In this document: one piece after another, positions 27,453 to 39,939 of the stretch
How the letters are laid out: each line of letters starts with the position of its first letter
Numbering within the stretch: the first letter of the stretch is position 1
From: Octopus vulgaris
Taxonomy: Eukaryota
Length of the DNA stretch: 64,000 nucleotides
Direction: 5' to 3'
NCBI GenBank assembly: GCA_951406725.2
Contig: OX597815.1
Location: 3,782,001 to 3,846,000 of the forward strand
Translations under genes and position numbers: made by a program
Notes under the pieces: generated by a model
Seen by the model: only the letters and a program-made list of their open reading frames with translations
What the model was told of the DNA's origin: nothing
Databases searched by the model: none

Positions 27453-27492
<40 letters not shown>

Positions 27493-27494
<2 letters not shown>

Positions 27495-28086
27495 AAGAAG
27501 AAAAAGAAAATGGAGATTGGGAAGTTAATAATTGTTTATTATTAACAGCAAATTAATCATTTTCACTTACGGCTGTTTCAATTAATTCTCAGTAAAAATT
27601 AAGTAAGTATTAAATTCATATTTATTTAACCTGAGCATAATATCTTGCATATATATAAATTTTCATAACTTTATTTATACGTTATAAACAAATATTCCAT
27701 TCCTTTATTAACTATAAACTTACCTTATTCATATTTAAATTCCCTCAATCAACTCTATTTAATTTATTTATCTATTACTCTAATTCTATTTACCAACTCT
27801 ATCTTATCTCTAATCAACCTGTAAACCCCTTTTCCCGAATATTTAACAATACAATTCATAAACAATATAATCCAGTCTGCCATAATGAATTCATAAACAC
27901 ATATAAAACATCCAAGGGTGTATTCTTTTCCCTCTGAAGATATTATGCTCAGATCATATAAGTTTTAATATTTACTTAATATTTACTGAGAATTAATTGA
28001 AACAGCTGTAAGGGACAATCATTAATTTGCTGTAAATAATAAGCAATTATTAACTTCCCACTCTCCATTTTCTTTTTCTTCTTTTA
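27493..28086. mobile_element. PLE-derived element with ~155-bp inverted pseudo-LTRs
   Basis: 27493-27646 is the reverse complement of ~27936-28086. Confidence 0.85.
27929..28015 (+). ncRNA. Type I hammerhead ribozyme with long stem II
   Basis: UCCCU-CUGAAGA-…CUCAG…CUGAG…-GAAA-CAGCUG-UA-AGGGA; 5-bp stem I, palindromic stem III. Confidence 0.85.
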
Positions 28087-28221
28087 TATGAATATAAACT
28101 ATGCTTTTATGCATATACCTATTATTTTAAGGAAATTAATTCTCCACAAATGCGAGGTATTGAACCAGTATTTCCTTGAATGAAACCCTCCGTTAATGAT
28201 GTTAACACAATCTCTAATCGA

Positions 28222-28279
<58 letters not shown>

Positions 28280-28298
28280 ATGTATGTATGTATGTATG

Positions 28299-28346
<48 letters not shown>

Positions 28347-28617
28347 CATCTACTAGGACAACCAAAACATAAGAAAACAAAAAAGAGGAATGAATTATAT
28401 AGAAATATATACTCGCATAATAAAATACGTATATAAAACAAAAAGAAAAGTCTCTCTCTCTCTCTCTCTCTCTCAGTGTTTCTCTCCCCGTGGTGGGAAT
28501 TTATCCCCCAACCCACTTTTATTTCTAAGAAAACCATATTTCTATCTGCCACTTAAGCTATAAAAAAAATCGCAGATGACAGCAACGGCAGTCACTAGTC
28601 AAATTTCACACGTATAT

Positions 28618-28795
28618 ATATACTTTATTTAAAAGCAGCAGAAATATAACAAAAGCTGTTACTCAGAGTTTCACGTTCCCATCCGACGAAATTTGTCATA
28701 TTTCTGCTGCTTTTAGATAAAGCAAATTACTCTACCTCTGGTATTTGAGTACTATTTTTTCCATCTAGTTTCACATTTATGTGCTTACTCCGGTG
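28618..28795. mobile_element. PLE module family P2, inverted rearrangement through the HHR
   Basis: Inverted arms AAAAGCAGCAGAAATAT and ATATTTCTGCTGCTTTT; HHR 3' half on the minus strand; homologous to 56577-56652. Confidence 0.75.
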
Positions 28796-28876
28796 TATAT
28801 ATATAATGTGATCGCGTGTGTACCGTTGGCGATTTTTTTCCCTCTGTCTTCCCTTCTCTGGATCTCCTTCTCCTAT

Positions 28877-28911
28877 GTTTCCGACGAAGAGCTCCGCTCG
28901 AAACGTTAAAC
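28877..28911 (+). ncRNA. Minimal HHR, family P1 (element 28806-29010), U4C core
   Basis: GUUU-CCGACGA-A-GAGC-UCC-GCUC-GAAA-CG-UU-AAAC. Confidence 0.75.
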
Positions 28912-29006
28912 CCTCCTTCTTTCCTTCTTTCCTGAGCGTCCAATAATACTATATTTGTTCCACGTCCTCGCGTTGTTGTGTTTTTTTTGTGCTTTCATGT
29001 TTGGAT

Positions 29007-29069
<63 letters not shown>

Positions 29070-29072
29070 TCC

Positions 29073-29099
29073 GGGATATCCCAGAAACAGCTGTAAGAC
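29073..29099 (+). ncRNA. HHR 3' half, 5'-truncated at (TA)n
   Basis: GGG-AUAU-CCC-A-GAAA-CAGCUG-UA-AGAC; no CUGANGA. Confidence 0.5.
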
Positions 29100-29352
29100 T
29101 GAATTTTTCCCAATAATAATAACGTATATGACTTGAGATGTTTGCTTTGCCTTAACGTTTGTTGTCCTCTTTAACAATTATATATCCGCTCCATCGGAAA
29201 CCTGCAATGGCTCCATAACTACCGTCTCAGTTATAACCTTGGAATACCAGTAATCCAGTACAGCACTTACCTGGCGTACCTAATCGTTTAGATCACCAAT
29301 GAACTAAATCCCACCATACTTTGTACACACACACATACACACACACATATAT

Positions 29353-29396
<44 letters not shown>

Positions 29397-29507
29397 AATA
29401 AGGGTGTCTGAGAGACACCACCATGCCGAAATAGCAGTCAAACCGTGACTCTAAAAACCACCTAAAATATATAATATCGATATTTAAATATCGATATTAT
29501 CCTTATT

Positions 29508-29566
<59 letters not shown>

Positions 29567-29724
29567 GCACACGCACGTACATACATATACATACACACAC
29601 CCATAGAAATATGCACAATTGTATACAAATATACATGTATATTGTGAATCATACAAATGCGTTTATACATTAGAAATATCGAATATTTCAATGAAAATTT
29701 GCGTCTAATCAGTCGCAGTTTTTC

Positions 29725-29888
29725 TTTTAATCTCTTACTTATTTCAGTAATTAAACTGCGGCCATGCTGGAGCACCACTTTGAAGAGATTTAGTCGAATG
29801 AATCGACTCAAGCACTCATTTTTGTAAGCTTGATACTTATTCTATCGTGTTTTCTTTTGCCGAACCGCTAAGTTACGGGGACATAAAC
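29725..29888 (-). mobile_element. SINE family B, 3' half
   Basis: Homologous to 61380-61530. Confidence 0.8.
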
Positions 29889-30208
29889 CTGAGTTTCGTT
29901 ATTGTGGCACTCAATTACGTTGTCGTATTTCTGGATTTCGCCATCGTCAACTTTAATTTCGCCATCGCCAACTTAAATCTCGTTTTTTTGTTTGTTTGTT
30001 TTCTTTTTGTTTTTTGTTTTTTTTTGCCTTTTTTATGATAATATTGACAGCAGTGATTACTTGCTGCAGAATTTGTAAAAGAATGTAAATATTAAAAAAG
30101 TTTTGTAAAAGATTATAAGTTGTGTATAGTAAAAAAAAACGTCACATCACCGTAAGCATACATGCATGTAATATGCTATATATACATAAAGCTGCTTATT
30201 ATAATATA

Positions 30209-30596
30209 CAAGCAGTATCGCCCGGCGTTGCTCGGGTTTGTTTCGACCCTTTAGAATTGCAATTTCTGAAAAGTAAAAATTTTTCATTATGTAGCTTGTT
30301 ATTCTCTTTAAGTGAACATTTTTCTCGTTGAGATACACAGAAAAATGGCGACATACCAGTCAAAAATCGTAAAAAATAGGGATTTTCATAGAAAAAAAAA
30401 GCACCTTTTTGATGTAAATAATGTTTGGTGTTAACATGGTCCGATTTGAATTTTTTCTTTTACAGAAGGAAGAGCAAGCCTTCTTCTACCATACTCTCAA
30501 TTTTGGTCAACTTGCGCCGCAGGGTCTCGGAGGAGATAGTGTTAGTTGAAGGCTACCAAACCTGCCATACACAGACAACTTCAGCTTTATATAGAG
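30209..30596 (-). mobile_element. Helitron family H2
   Basis: Reverse complement of 19038-19422; terminal CTAG mutated to CTTG; 5' TC present. Confidence 0.8.
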
Positions 30597-30917
30597 AGAG
30601 AGATTTATGCAACATGACAAAGACCGGAAGGGAATGACATCAGTTTAACCTTTTATTTGTTATTCTCGTTTCTCAACTCAACATATTTCTGGATAATCCA
30701 GCAAAATCAGCAGATCGTCTTCGGAAATCAGTGTCAGCCTATTGCTGATCAATATATTTGGAGAATTATATCAATACCAGACTGACTTGTAAATGACGGG
30801 TTTGATAGGGAAACCCCCCGTGAAGGATAGGTCGGTTAAAGGGTATTTTAAAACTCGAATTGGACGAGAAAAGATTAATAAATACTTACATTCATAAATA
30901 CATGCATGCGTGTATAA

Positions 30918-30952
<35 letters not shown>

Positions 30953-31041
30953 GACATAAATGCAAATATTTTTATACAGAGACATGGACAGACTTTACAT
31001 ATAAACATGCATGCGCGTAGATGTATGTAAGAATGTGTGCG

Positions 31042-31112
<71 letters not shown>

Positions 31113-31734
31113 TTAAAAATGCCCAAGTATGTTGGTATGTATGTTCATATTTACGTATTTATATATCCATGTATGTGTGCATAAGGGTGCATATATGTAT
31201 GTATTGTGTATGTGTATTTATACATCTGTATGCATAAATGTATGCGTTTAAATGCTTATGTACATATTTATATATATATACACATACATACATAGGTACG
31301 TACATGTATGTATGTGTGTGTATGTGAATACGTATGTTGACAAATACGCTCCTATACCGACCGACATACGCCCAGTCACATGACAGTTATCTCACCAAAT
31401 TGATGTAATATGTAGTTTAGCTTCGCCAGCACACGTCTACCCAATATGGCGTTACTGTCTGGACGCTGTGTCTCCGCTTTGGTCAACAAAATCAGTCGAT
31501 CGTCTGGCGCCTTCCAGTTTCCCCAGCAGAGGACTTGACGATAAAGAGAGACCTTAGCCCCTTAATAGGTTTATCAAGAGTCATTTGGAAATTTTCGACT
31601 GTGTACATGCCCTACATCCTGCATCACTTAAACTAACGGTTTGGTACATTGGGAAGGTTCCGTATTGTTGTAACGTTTCTGTAATATTCACTGGCAGACG
31701 ACAAGGAATTGTAAACGCGAATGTAGAAGAAAAT

Positions 31735-31832
31735 GGGAGAAAGAAAGAAAGAAAAAGAAAGAATGGAAGGAAGAATGAAAGAAAGAATGAAAGAAAGAAA
31801 GAACGAAAGAAAGAGAGGAAGGAAGGAAGGAA

Positions 31833-31889
<57 letters not shown>

Positions 31890-32031
31890 GCAGGAAAGAA
31901 GGAAGGAAAGAAGGAAGGAAGGAAGGAAGGAAGGAAGGAAGGAAGGAAGGAAGCTAGAAAGAAAAAAGAAAGAAAGACTGAAAGAATGGAAGGAAGGAAG
32001 AAAGAAAGAACGAAAGAAAGAAAGGCAGGAA

Positions 32032-32084
<53 letters not shown>

Positions 32085-32174
32085 GAAAGAAAGAAAGAAA
32101 GGAAAGAAAGGAAGGAAGGAAGGAAGTAAGGAAGGAAGGAAGGAAAGAAATAAAGAAAGAAAGAAAGAAAGGAA

Positions 32175-32244
<70 letters not shown>

Positions 32245-32380
32245 ACGAAAAACAGAATGAAAGAAAGAAAGGATGAAAGAAAGGAAGAATGAAAGAAATA
32301 AAGGCAGGAAGGAAGGAAGGCAGACAATGAGGAAGGAAGGAAGGAAGGAAGGAGAGAAGATTGAAAGAGAGAAAAAGAAA
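31735..32380. repeat. (GAAA)n/(GGAA)n polypurine tract
   Basis: Seen directly. Confidence 0.95.
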
Positions 32381-32389
32381 AGATCTCGT

Positions 32390-32695
32390 GTCGCATCACT
32401 ACACTAGGATAGAACTATTTCACTTCAACTGGTCCTGCTCTCTTGAAGATAATGCCAAGACACATAAGAGAAGAAGACGTTCCCCTAATATTTAAAGGGT
32501 TTCTGAGCGAATATCTCCCTCCAACAAATTCCAGATAAACCGCTAACACCCGGATATATTTCTTCAAACAATAACATTTTATTCACATGGGCAATGGTAC
32601 CCAACGTATGACTATAACACGTTAAGTGCCATTCTTCGGATGGTGCTGTTAAATTAGTCATAACCAGAACTAATTCAGACCGAATCCTATCTAAA
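32390..32695 (+). mobile_element. Old CR1-like 3' fragment
   Basis: Diverged match to the 3' region of 22333-22620 (TCAACTGGTCCTGCTCTC…GGTGCTGTTAAATTAG). Confidence 0.6.
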
Positions 32696-32696
32696 T

Positions 32697-33257
32697 ATCT
32701 TTGTAGTCTCTGCTGCTGAAGAGGAGATAATCACTCCGAAATGCATGCATCCCATAGTCTGGTTAGGTGAGGCCGTGAGTTAACTCGGTGTATTTATACC
32801 TATTTGTCTACAACGAGAATTTTTCTCCATGACAAACTTCACTGGATGACTTTCATTCGGATCTGAATGATACGTCAAGCGTATTTGAACTGGTAATATG
32901 TTTGTATTTCTACACATCACTGCTTAGCACCGTCACCCCCCGCTTGTTATTTACAGCAAACAGTTGCATAAACACAACCAGTCACTGAATGATGACGGGA
33001 ATATCATAAGCTGGACCTGTGTCTCATGTCAGCTGGTAGTGTATGTCTTTCTGGTCTCTGTTGCTGAAGAGGAAATAACCACTCTGAAATGCATGCATCT
33101 ACAAGTCTGGTTAGGGAATGCTGTGAACTGACTTGGACTATTTCCACTTATTTGTCTAAGGTAAGAAATGCTCTCCATTACAAAATACAATGAATGGCTT
33201 CCTTACGGGTCCAAATAAGCCTCAAGCATATTTGAACTGGCAACAAGCTTGTATTTA
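32697..33257 (+). mobile_element. Retrozyme-like tandem repeat: 348-bp unit, ~1.6 copies, one HHR per unit
   Basis: CUGAAGA-GGAG-AUAAUCA-CUCC-GAAA-UGCAUGCA-UC at 32716 and CUGAAGA-GGAA…CUCU-GAAA-UGCAUGCA-UC at 33064; flanks align; stem I is decayed. Confidence 0.75.
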
Positions 33258-33409
33258 TACACATATCTTGGTATCTTGGTATATTATGAACTGGAATTTA
33301 TCGTAGCTCTTAACATAATTTCTGAACTTCTGCATATGTCTCCAATACTTTGGGCTGCGAGTTTCCTCCGGTCTCTCCGGTCTCTCCGGTCACAGTTGGT
33401 AATTAACAT

Positions 33410-33555
33410 TTCTAATTATGGCACAAGGCCAGCAATTTTTGAGGGGAGGGGGCAGTCAATTACATCGACCCCAGTGTTTAACCAGTTCTTATTTTCTTGG
33501 TTTCAAAAGTGTGCAGAAGAAAAGCAGACTGTGACGGCATTTAAATTCAGAACGT
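33410..33555 (-). mobile_element. SINE family A, degenerate
   Basis: GGCACAAGGCC…TTACATCGACCCCAGTG tail. Confidence 0.6.
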
Positions 33556-33617
33556 AGGGGAGCATTACCTCTGGATATCCTTGTTGCTTGTTTTGATTAT
33601 ATATGTATAGATGTATA

Positions 33618-33654
<37 letters not shown>

Positions 33655-33664
<10 letters not shown>

Positions 33665-33982
33665 CTGTGCGTGTTTCTGTGTGTCTGTTTTCTCGTACCC
33701 TCACCCTGACCACGGCTTTCAACCGATTCTGATGAAACTTGACACACACATAGCCAATGTCATAATTCAAAACTAACCAGCGAAATTTTGAAAAGTTCCC
33801 CCAGTTCTGAAAAGATCGATAAATTCGACATGGGGTCGAGAATCAGAACCCAAACCACAGACCGTCTGGGGACGCATCCACCTTTTTATATTTATATTTT
33901 TTTATATTTTTGGCTATAACTCTCTAAAAATGCTTTATAGTTATTTCCTTACAAACCTGAGCAACGCCGGGCGATACTGCTA

Positions 33983-33983
<1 letters not shown>
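33655..33983 (+). mobile_element. Helitron family H1 in (TA)n
   Basis: Copy of 18665-19033; ends CTAG|T. Confidence 0.85.
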
Positions 33984-34039
<56 letters not shown>

Positions 34040-34040
<1 letters not shown>

Positions 34041-34355
34041 TTTGATAGGTTTCGGCCATTATTGGCCCGGCCATGTCTAACTTAATAGCACCACCTGGTG
34101 AAGTCTTTCAAGTCAGAATTTGGCACTATGGCCCCTCAAGTAGAGAGTTATTGTTTACAGAACATATCCGGTGTATGGGTTTATGTATATTCTTGACCCT
34201 ATATCATATTTAATGTGTTTTGTGTAATGTTAAAGAGAGCGGGCCAATGTATATATAATTGTGCCGTATTGTTGTTATGAGATGAGAGTGCGATTTTTGT
34301 TTTGGGCGGATGCACGGGGCCCAAGCCTTGGATATAAAGGTGATGCCAACATCAT
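34040..34355 (-). mobile_element. CR1-like 3' fragment, degenerate
   Basis: PRLGPRA motif and CTAACTTAATAGCACCACCTG 3' UTR shared with 22333. Confidence 0.7.
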
Positions 34356-34445
34356 TTTAGGGATTATATATGTATATATGTATGTATATATATGTATATA
34401 TGTATTATATATTTGTGTATATAAATATGTGTGTGTATATATATG

Positions 34446-34476
<31 letters not shown>

Positions 34477-34492
34477 ATGTGTGTATGTATGC

Positions 34493-34524
<32 letters not shown>

Positions 34525-34537
34525 GTATATATATATA

Positions 34538-34578
<41 letters not shown>

Positions 34579-34595
34579 GTATATATATATATGTA

Positions 34596-34646
<51 letters not shown>

Positions 34647-35231
34647 GTATGTATGTATGTATTGATTGTTTGTATGCATGTATACATATATACGCATGAA
34701 GATACGTGTGTTGGTGTGCGGGCGATTGTATGTCTATTTCAATGAGAAGACAAAAACAAAACAAAAAAGAAAGAAAAGAAAAAGAAAGAAAAGGAAAAAG
34801 TACAAAACAATAAAAACAACCCCTGTACTAACATAAAAAAAACAAGTGGCATGGAGAAGAAGACTATTTGCTAAAGATACCAACAGATTCCTTCATTCTT
34901 GAAATTCCGAACCGCAAGAATCATCACCAAACATCCAACACCTCCAGGTTTTCAATAAACACCACCGCCACCACCTTCACCACCACCACCACCATTAATA
35001 CTACTACTACTACTACTACTACTACTGTATCACAATGCCCAACGCCGGCGCCACACCGCAACCCAGGCCCTCCGTCCACCATGCCCCCACACTCACCCCC
35101 GCCCCTTCACTCAACGTTTCCAAACACCACCTGGAGGTGTTGACTAATACCACCTGATGCTGGTCACTAATCACAAGGATATGAGATCGGAGTGAGATCT
35201 GTCCCACTTTCTCACACACACACACACACAC

Positions 35232-35262
<31 letters not shown>

Positions 35263-35328
35263 TACACACACTTTCTCTTATTTTCTCTCTTTCTTTCTCT
35301 TTCTCGCTTTGTTTTTCTGTGAGTGCTC

Positions 35329-35378
<50 letters not shown>

Positions 35379-35723
35379 GTATATGTGTGTGTATATATAT
35401 ATATATATATATGTATGTATATTTGTATATATATATGTATGTATATATATATATATATATATACGCGCACAACAAACTAAAATTTATAATCACACGCATA
35501 AGTTTGAATACGTATAAGCATATATGTGTATATACATACATACATGCACGCACATATATATACAAACATACACACACATAAATATATATACATACATACA
35601 TGCACACACACATACGTGCACATACACAAAAGCATATAAATGCATATTGTATGCATGTAGTAGTGGTGGTGGTGGTAGTAGTAGTAGTAAGAGGAGTAGG
35701 AGTAGTAGTAGTAGGAGTAGTAA

Positions 35724-35776
<53 letters not shown>

Positions 35777-36404
35777 ATAGTAGTAGTAGAAGAAGAAGAA
35801 GAAGAAGAAGAAGAAGAAGAAGAAGAAGAGGAAGACGAAGAAGAGGGGGAAGACGAAGAAGAGGCAGACGAAGAAGAAGAAGAAGAAGAAGAAGAAGGAG
35901 AAGAAGAAGGAGAAGAAGAAGGAAAAGAAGAAGAAGAAGAAGAAGAAGAAGAAGAAGAAGAAGAAGAAGAAGACTACAGACCTACCCTTACTGTCCAGTA
36001 GCAAAGGAAACAGTAAATTGCGTTCTTAATATTGAAGAGGTCCCTTTGTGCAGGTGTGTGTGTGTGTGTGTTGGTGTGTGTGTGTGTGTGTGTGTGTGTG
36101 TGCATGTGTGTGTGTGCGTGTGTGTGTGTGCGTGCGCCTGTACTTGGAAATCGCAATAGCAGCAGCGGTAGTAGTTAAACACCTGTGAACAAACACTTGC
36201 TCTGAAGCAAAGTAAACAATGGCGTCTCTAATAACCAGCGAAAGGTGAGAGAGACATGGCCGGATTTGTACAGCCACCAATTACACGCGTTATGTTGTTT
36301 GGTTTCCTTCTTGCCAGTCCCGAGTTCAAATCACGTCGAGGTTCCAGTTTGCCTTTCACAACTCATCTACTTGCGAGTCAACAAAATGTCTACCATTATT
36401 ACAT

Positions 36405-36800
36405 AGGCGCAGGCGTGGCTGTTTGGTAAGAAGCTTGCTTCTTAACCACATGGTCCCAGGTTCAGTCCCTCTGCGTGGCACCTTAGGCAAGTGTCTTCTA
36501 CTATAGCCTCGGGCCGACTAAAGCCTTGTGAGAGGATTTGGTATACGGAAACTGGAAGAAGACCATCGTATATGTGTGTGTGTGCGCGAGCGCGAGTGTG
36601 TGAGCATTTGTCTCCCATCATCATTTGACAACCGGTGTGGGTGTCATTACATCCCCGTAACTCTGCGGTTCGACAAAAGACACGATAGAATAAGTATCAG
36701 GTTTTAAGTGAAAAATGAGTACGAGTGTCTATTCATTCGATTAAAACTTCTTCAAGATAGTGCCCCAGATTGGCCACAGTCTAGTGACCGAAACAATTAA
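36405..36800 (+). mobile_element. SINE family B
   Basis: Full-length family layout. Confidence 0.85.
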
Positions 36801-36827
36801 AAAATTATATTACTGTGTGCTGAGGCC

Positions 36828-37432
36828 TAATTTAATGGACTATTAAATTTAATGGTCTCTCCTCTTGTATCAAATTTAAAAAGACTATACTGTTCTTGTA
36901 TTAATGTAGTAACGTTCTGAGTTCAAATTCCGCCGAGGTCGACTTTGCCTTTCATCCATCCGGGGTCGATAAATTAAGTACCAGTTGCGTACTGGAGTCG
37001 ATCAAATCGACTGGCCGCCTCCCCCAAAAATTTCGGGCCTTGTGCCTAGAGTAGAAAAGAATATTAATGTAGTATATTTCTCTTGTATTTAATTTAATGC
37101 TGCGCTTTCATTCAATTCGAATAAATCGTTCAGTTAAATTTAATGGACGATATTGATCCTCCATTAAATTTAATAAACTAGAGTTCCCCCCTGTTAAATT
37201 TAATGGGCATTTCAGTTCCTTTATTATGTTTAATGGAGAATATTTCTCTACTATTAAATTTAATTGACTATACTGTTCCCCTACTAAATTTAATGGAATC
37301 TACTGGGCCTCTGTTAAATTTTATGGACTATTTTATTAAATTTTATAGACTATCTTTCTCGTCTATTAAATTTAATGGGCTATACTGCTATTTTACTAAA
37401 TTTAATGGCCTATACTACTACAATTTAATGAA
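36828..37432. repeat. Diverged 30-bp minisatellite with conserved TTAAATTTAA core, interrupted by a SINE
   Basis: Cores start at 37134, 37164, 37194, 37224, 37254, 37284, 37314, 37336, 37366 and 37396; more units at 36828-36905. Confidence 0.85.
36912..37061 (+). mobile_element. 5'-truncated SINE family A with 13-bp TSD
   Basis: TATTAATGTAGTA at 36899-36911 and 37062-37074. Confidence 0.9.
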
Positions 37433-37612
37433 TTAGTTGCCAACGAAAATCGCCCTTACCTAATCGCATTGACTTGCAAGAAATAACAACCAAATCGCTT
37501 TCAAATCACTTTCTACTGTTTTGATCAAGAAAGTATTCATGGAATAATGTAACCCTAGATCCAATTGTCCTGGTGCCAAATTCTTCTTTGACTTGCGATA
37601 GATTATTAAATG

Positions 37613-38012
37613 TAAGAAGTTTGCTTCCCGGGTCCTGTCCCCTTGCGTGTCACCTTCTACTGTAGCCTCGGTCCAACCAAAGCCTTGTGAGTGGATTTGG
37701 TAGATGGAAATTGAAAGAAGCCCGTCGTGTATATATATGTATATGTATGTGTGTGTGTTTTTTTTTGTGTGTGTGTGTGTATCTATGTGTGTGTCTTTGT
37801 ATCTGTGTTTGTGCCCCACCCATCACCGCTTAACAACCGGTGTTGGTGTGTTTACGTCCCCGAACTTAACGGTTCGGCAAAAGAGACCAACAGAATAAGT
37901 ACTAGGCTTAAGTCCGAGTACTTAATTCATGGGGTCGATTGGTTCGACTAAAACCCTTCAAGGCAGTGCTCCAGTATGGCTGTAGTCAAATGACTGAAAC
38001 AAAACAATAAAA
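37613..38012 (+). mobile_element. SINE family B
   Basis: Family core and tail. Confidence 0.85.
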
Positions 38013-39442
38013 GAAAAAAGTACCAGTTGTATACTGGGGACAATTCAACCGACTACGTCTACCTCCAGTAAATACGCAGCTTTAGGCCAATGTAACACTG
38101 GAAATAACTACGGGATCTGATGCTCAGCCTGCCAGAAATAATAGTCAAACCTCCTTCAAATCTCACCAAGTTTTTCGAAAAAAAGAACGCTACTAATTCT
38201 ATAGATTTTGAAATTAAAGATTAAAAAAAACTGTATGGTCACGGTAGGAGCATATTTGATCATTACTAAGAGGAATCAGGCTATTGAAAACGACCTGAGA
38301 CAAAACAATTAGAAGTGTTTAGTCATCGAAGGATCCTCCGCGAGGCGATTTCCTTTCTGGGAAAGAAGCCAATGCTCTCTGAAATCACACCCCGGGTACC
38401 TCAAAACGAAAGAACATAGTAGTCAGTGTAAGACTTAATGTATGAAAACGACGTGACGGTCAGATCTGGGACGCCTTTGATGATAGGCCTTACATAATAT
38501 CAGGGCTGTTCGTGAGTTGGGTATGAGTTAAACAATAAAAAAAACCTTGTAGATGATCTTTTCGGTTTCAAACCTTAGATCCTGGCTTTTCCAAAAATTT
38601 CTACAGTCACAATTTTTTTATGACTATTATGAAAAGGATAATCATTGGGGGGGGGATTGAATACAAAATGAATATAAAAATTGAAACGTTTTGGAATTTC
38701 AGCCAATTAGATGCAGCTATTTCCGTCGACCTGTGTATTGATAGACAGACAGACAGACAAATAGATAAGTTTCTATATTAGCCACACAAGGTCGATCACG
38801 GAGGGGGCAAAATACAATGTAGAGCTTTTCTTTTCGAAAGAAAAGAAAAATAGGGAGGGGAAAATAAATTTCCGATCAAAGGGGATCGTGTAAAAAAATT
38901 AAAAAAGATAGATAGATAGATAGATACATACATACATACATTGACAGACAGGGGGTCGAACTGACGGATGGACAGACACACAGGTAGGCAGGCAGACAGA
39001 CAAACAAACAGACAGACAAACAAACAGACAAACGGTCAGATATAGATAGATAGACAGACAGACAGACAGACCGACAGGCAGACTGACAGGCAGAGAGGCA
39101 GACAGATAGAATTTTTAATAACAATACTGTGACTGCTATTAATGACAGCAGCAGCAGTCGGGTTGGCAGTAACAAGTGTAACACCCCACCCCCCCTGAGC
39201 CATTGTCGTTAAGGTGTGGCTGAGTGGACCGGAGACCCTGGTGGGGTGTGTGTATTTAAGACATGTGGGTATATAGGTTACTGTGTTTTCTCACGGCAAC
39301 ACATTACAATCAAAGGGCTTTGTTCAATAATTGACTCCAGTCTTTGTGACCCTACCTCACCCCACCCCCCGCTGCTGCCTGGCCCCGCGTATCTATCGAT
39401 TGGTCATCTTGACCTTTTCACTAAATGACAGCTGAGTTTACA

Positions 39443-39840
39443 GCTCGCCGAGCTGGCAGAATCGCTAGCACGCCGGGCGAAATGCTTAGCCGTATTTCGT
39501 CTGCCGTTACGTTCTGAGTTCAAATTCCGCCGAGGTCGACTTTGCCTTTCATCCTTTCGAGGCCGATTAAGTACCAGTTACGCACTGAGGTCGATGTAAT
39601 CGACTTAATCCGTCTGTTTGTCCTTGTTTGTCCCCTCTATGTTTAGCCCCTTGTGGGCAAGAAAGAAACAGGTATTTCGTCTGCCGCTACATTCTGAGTT
39701 CAAATTCCGCCGAGGTCGACTTTGCCTTTCATCCTTTCGAGGCCAATTAAGTACCAGTTACGCACTGGGGTCGATGTAATCGACTTAATACCTATGTCTG
39801 TCCTATGCTTAGCCCCTTGTGGGTAGTAAAGAAATAGGTA
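39443..39840 (+). mobile_element. SINE family A, head plus two tandem bodies
   Basis: GTATTTCGTCTGCCG restarts at ~39492 and ~39672. Confidence 0.9.
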
Positions 39841-39939
39841 TGAGATCAGGGTAAGGATCTGTCCATCTATCTATCTGTCCATCTATCAATTCATCTATCT
39901 ATATCTCTGTGTGTTAGGTTTGGTGTACAGATATTGAAC

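Noticed and set aside
31585-32292. Lys/Glu/Arg-rich ORF (also 14294-14575 and 35524-36159)
   Set aside because: Polypurine or trinucleotide microsatellite translations.
37134-37432. CRISPR array
   Set aside because: Eukaryotic context, no cas genes, repeat only ~13 bp, and spacers are diverged versions of one consensus (ACTATACTGTTCCTC).
39177-39442. Solo LTR (TGTAAC…TTACA, 266 bp)
   Set aside because: No TSD, no clear polyadenylation signal and no second copy; it could equally be unique regulatory DNA.
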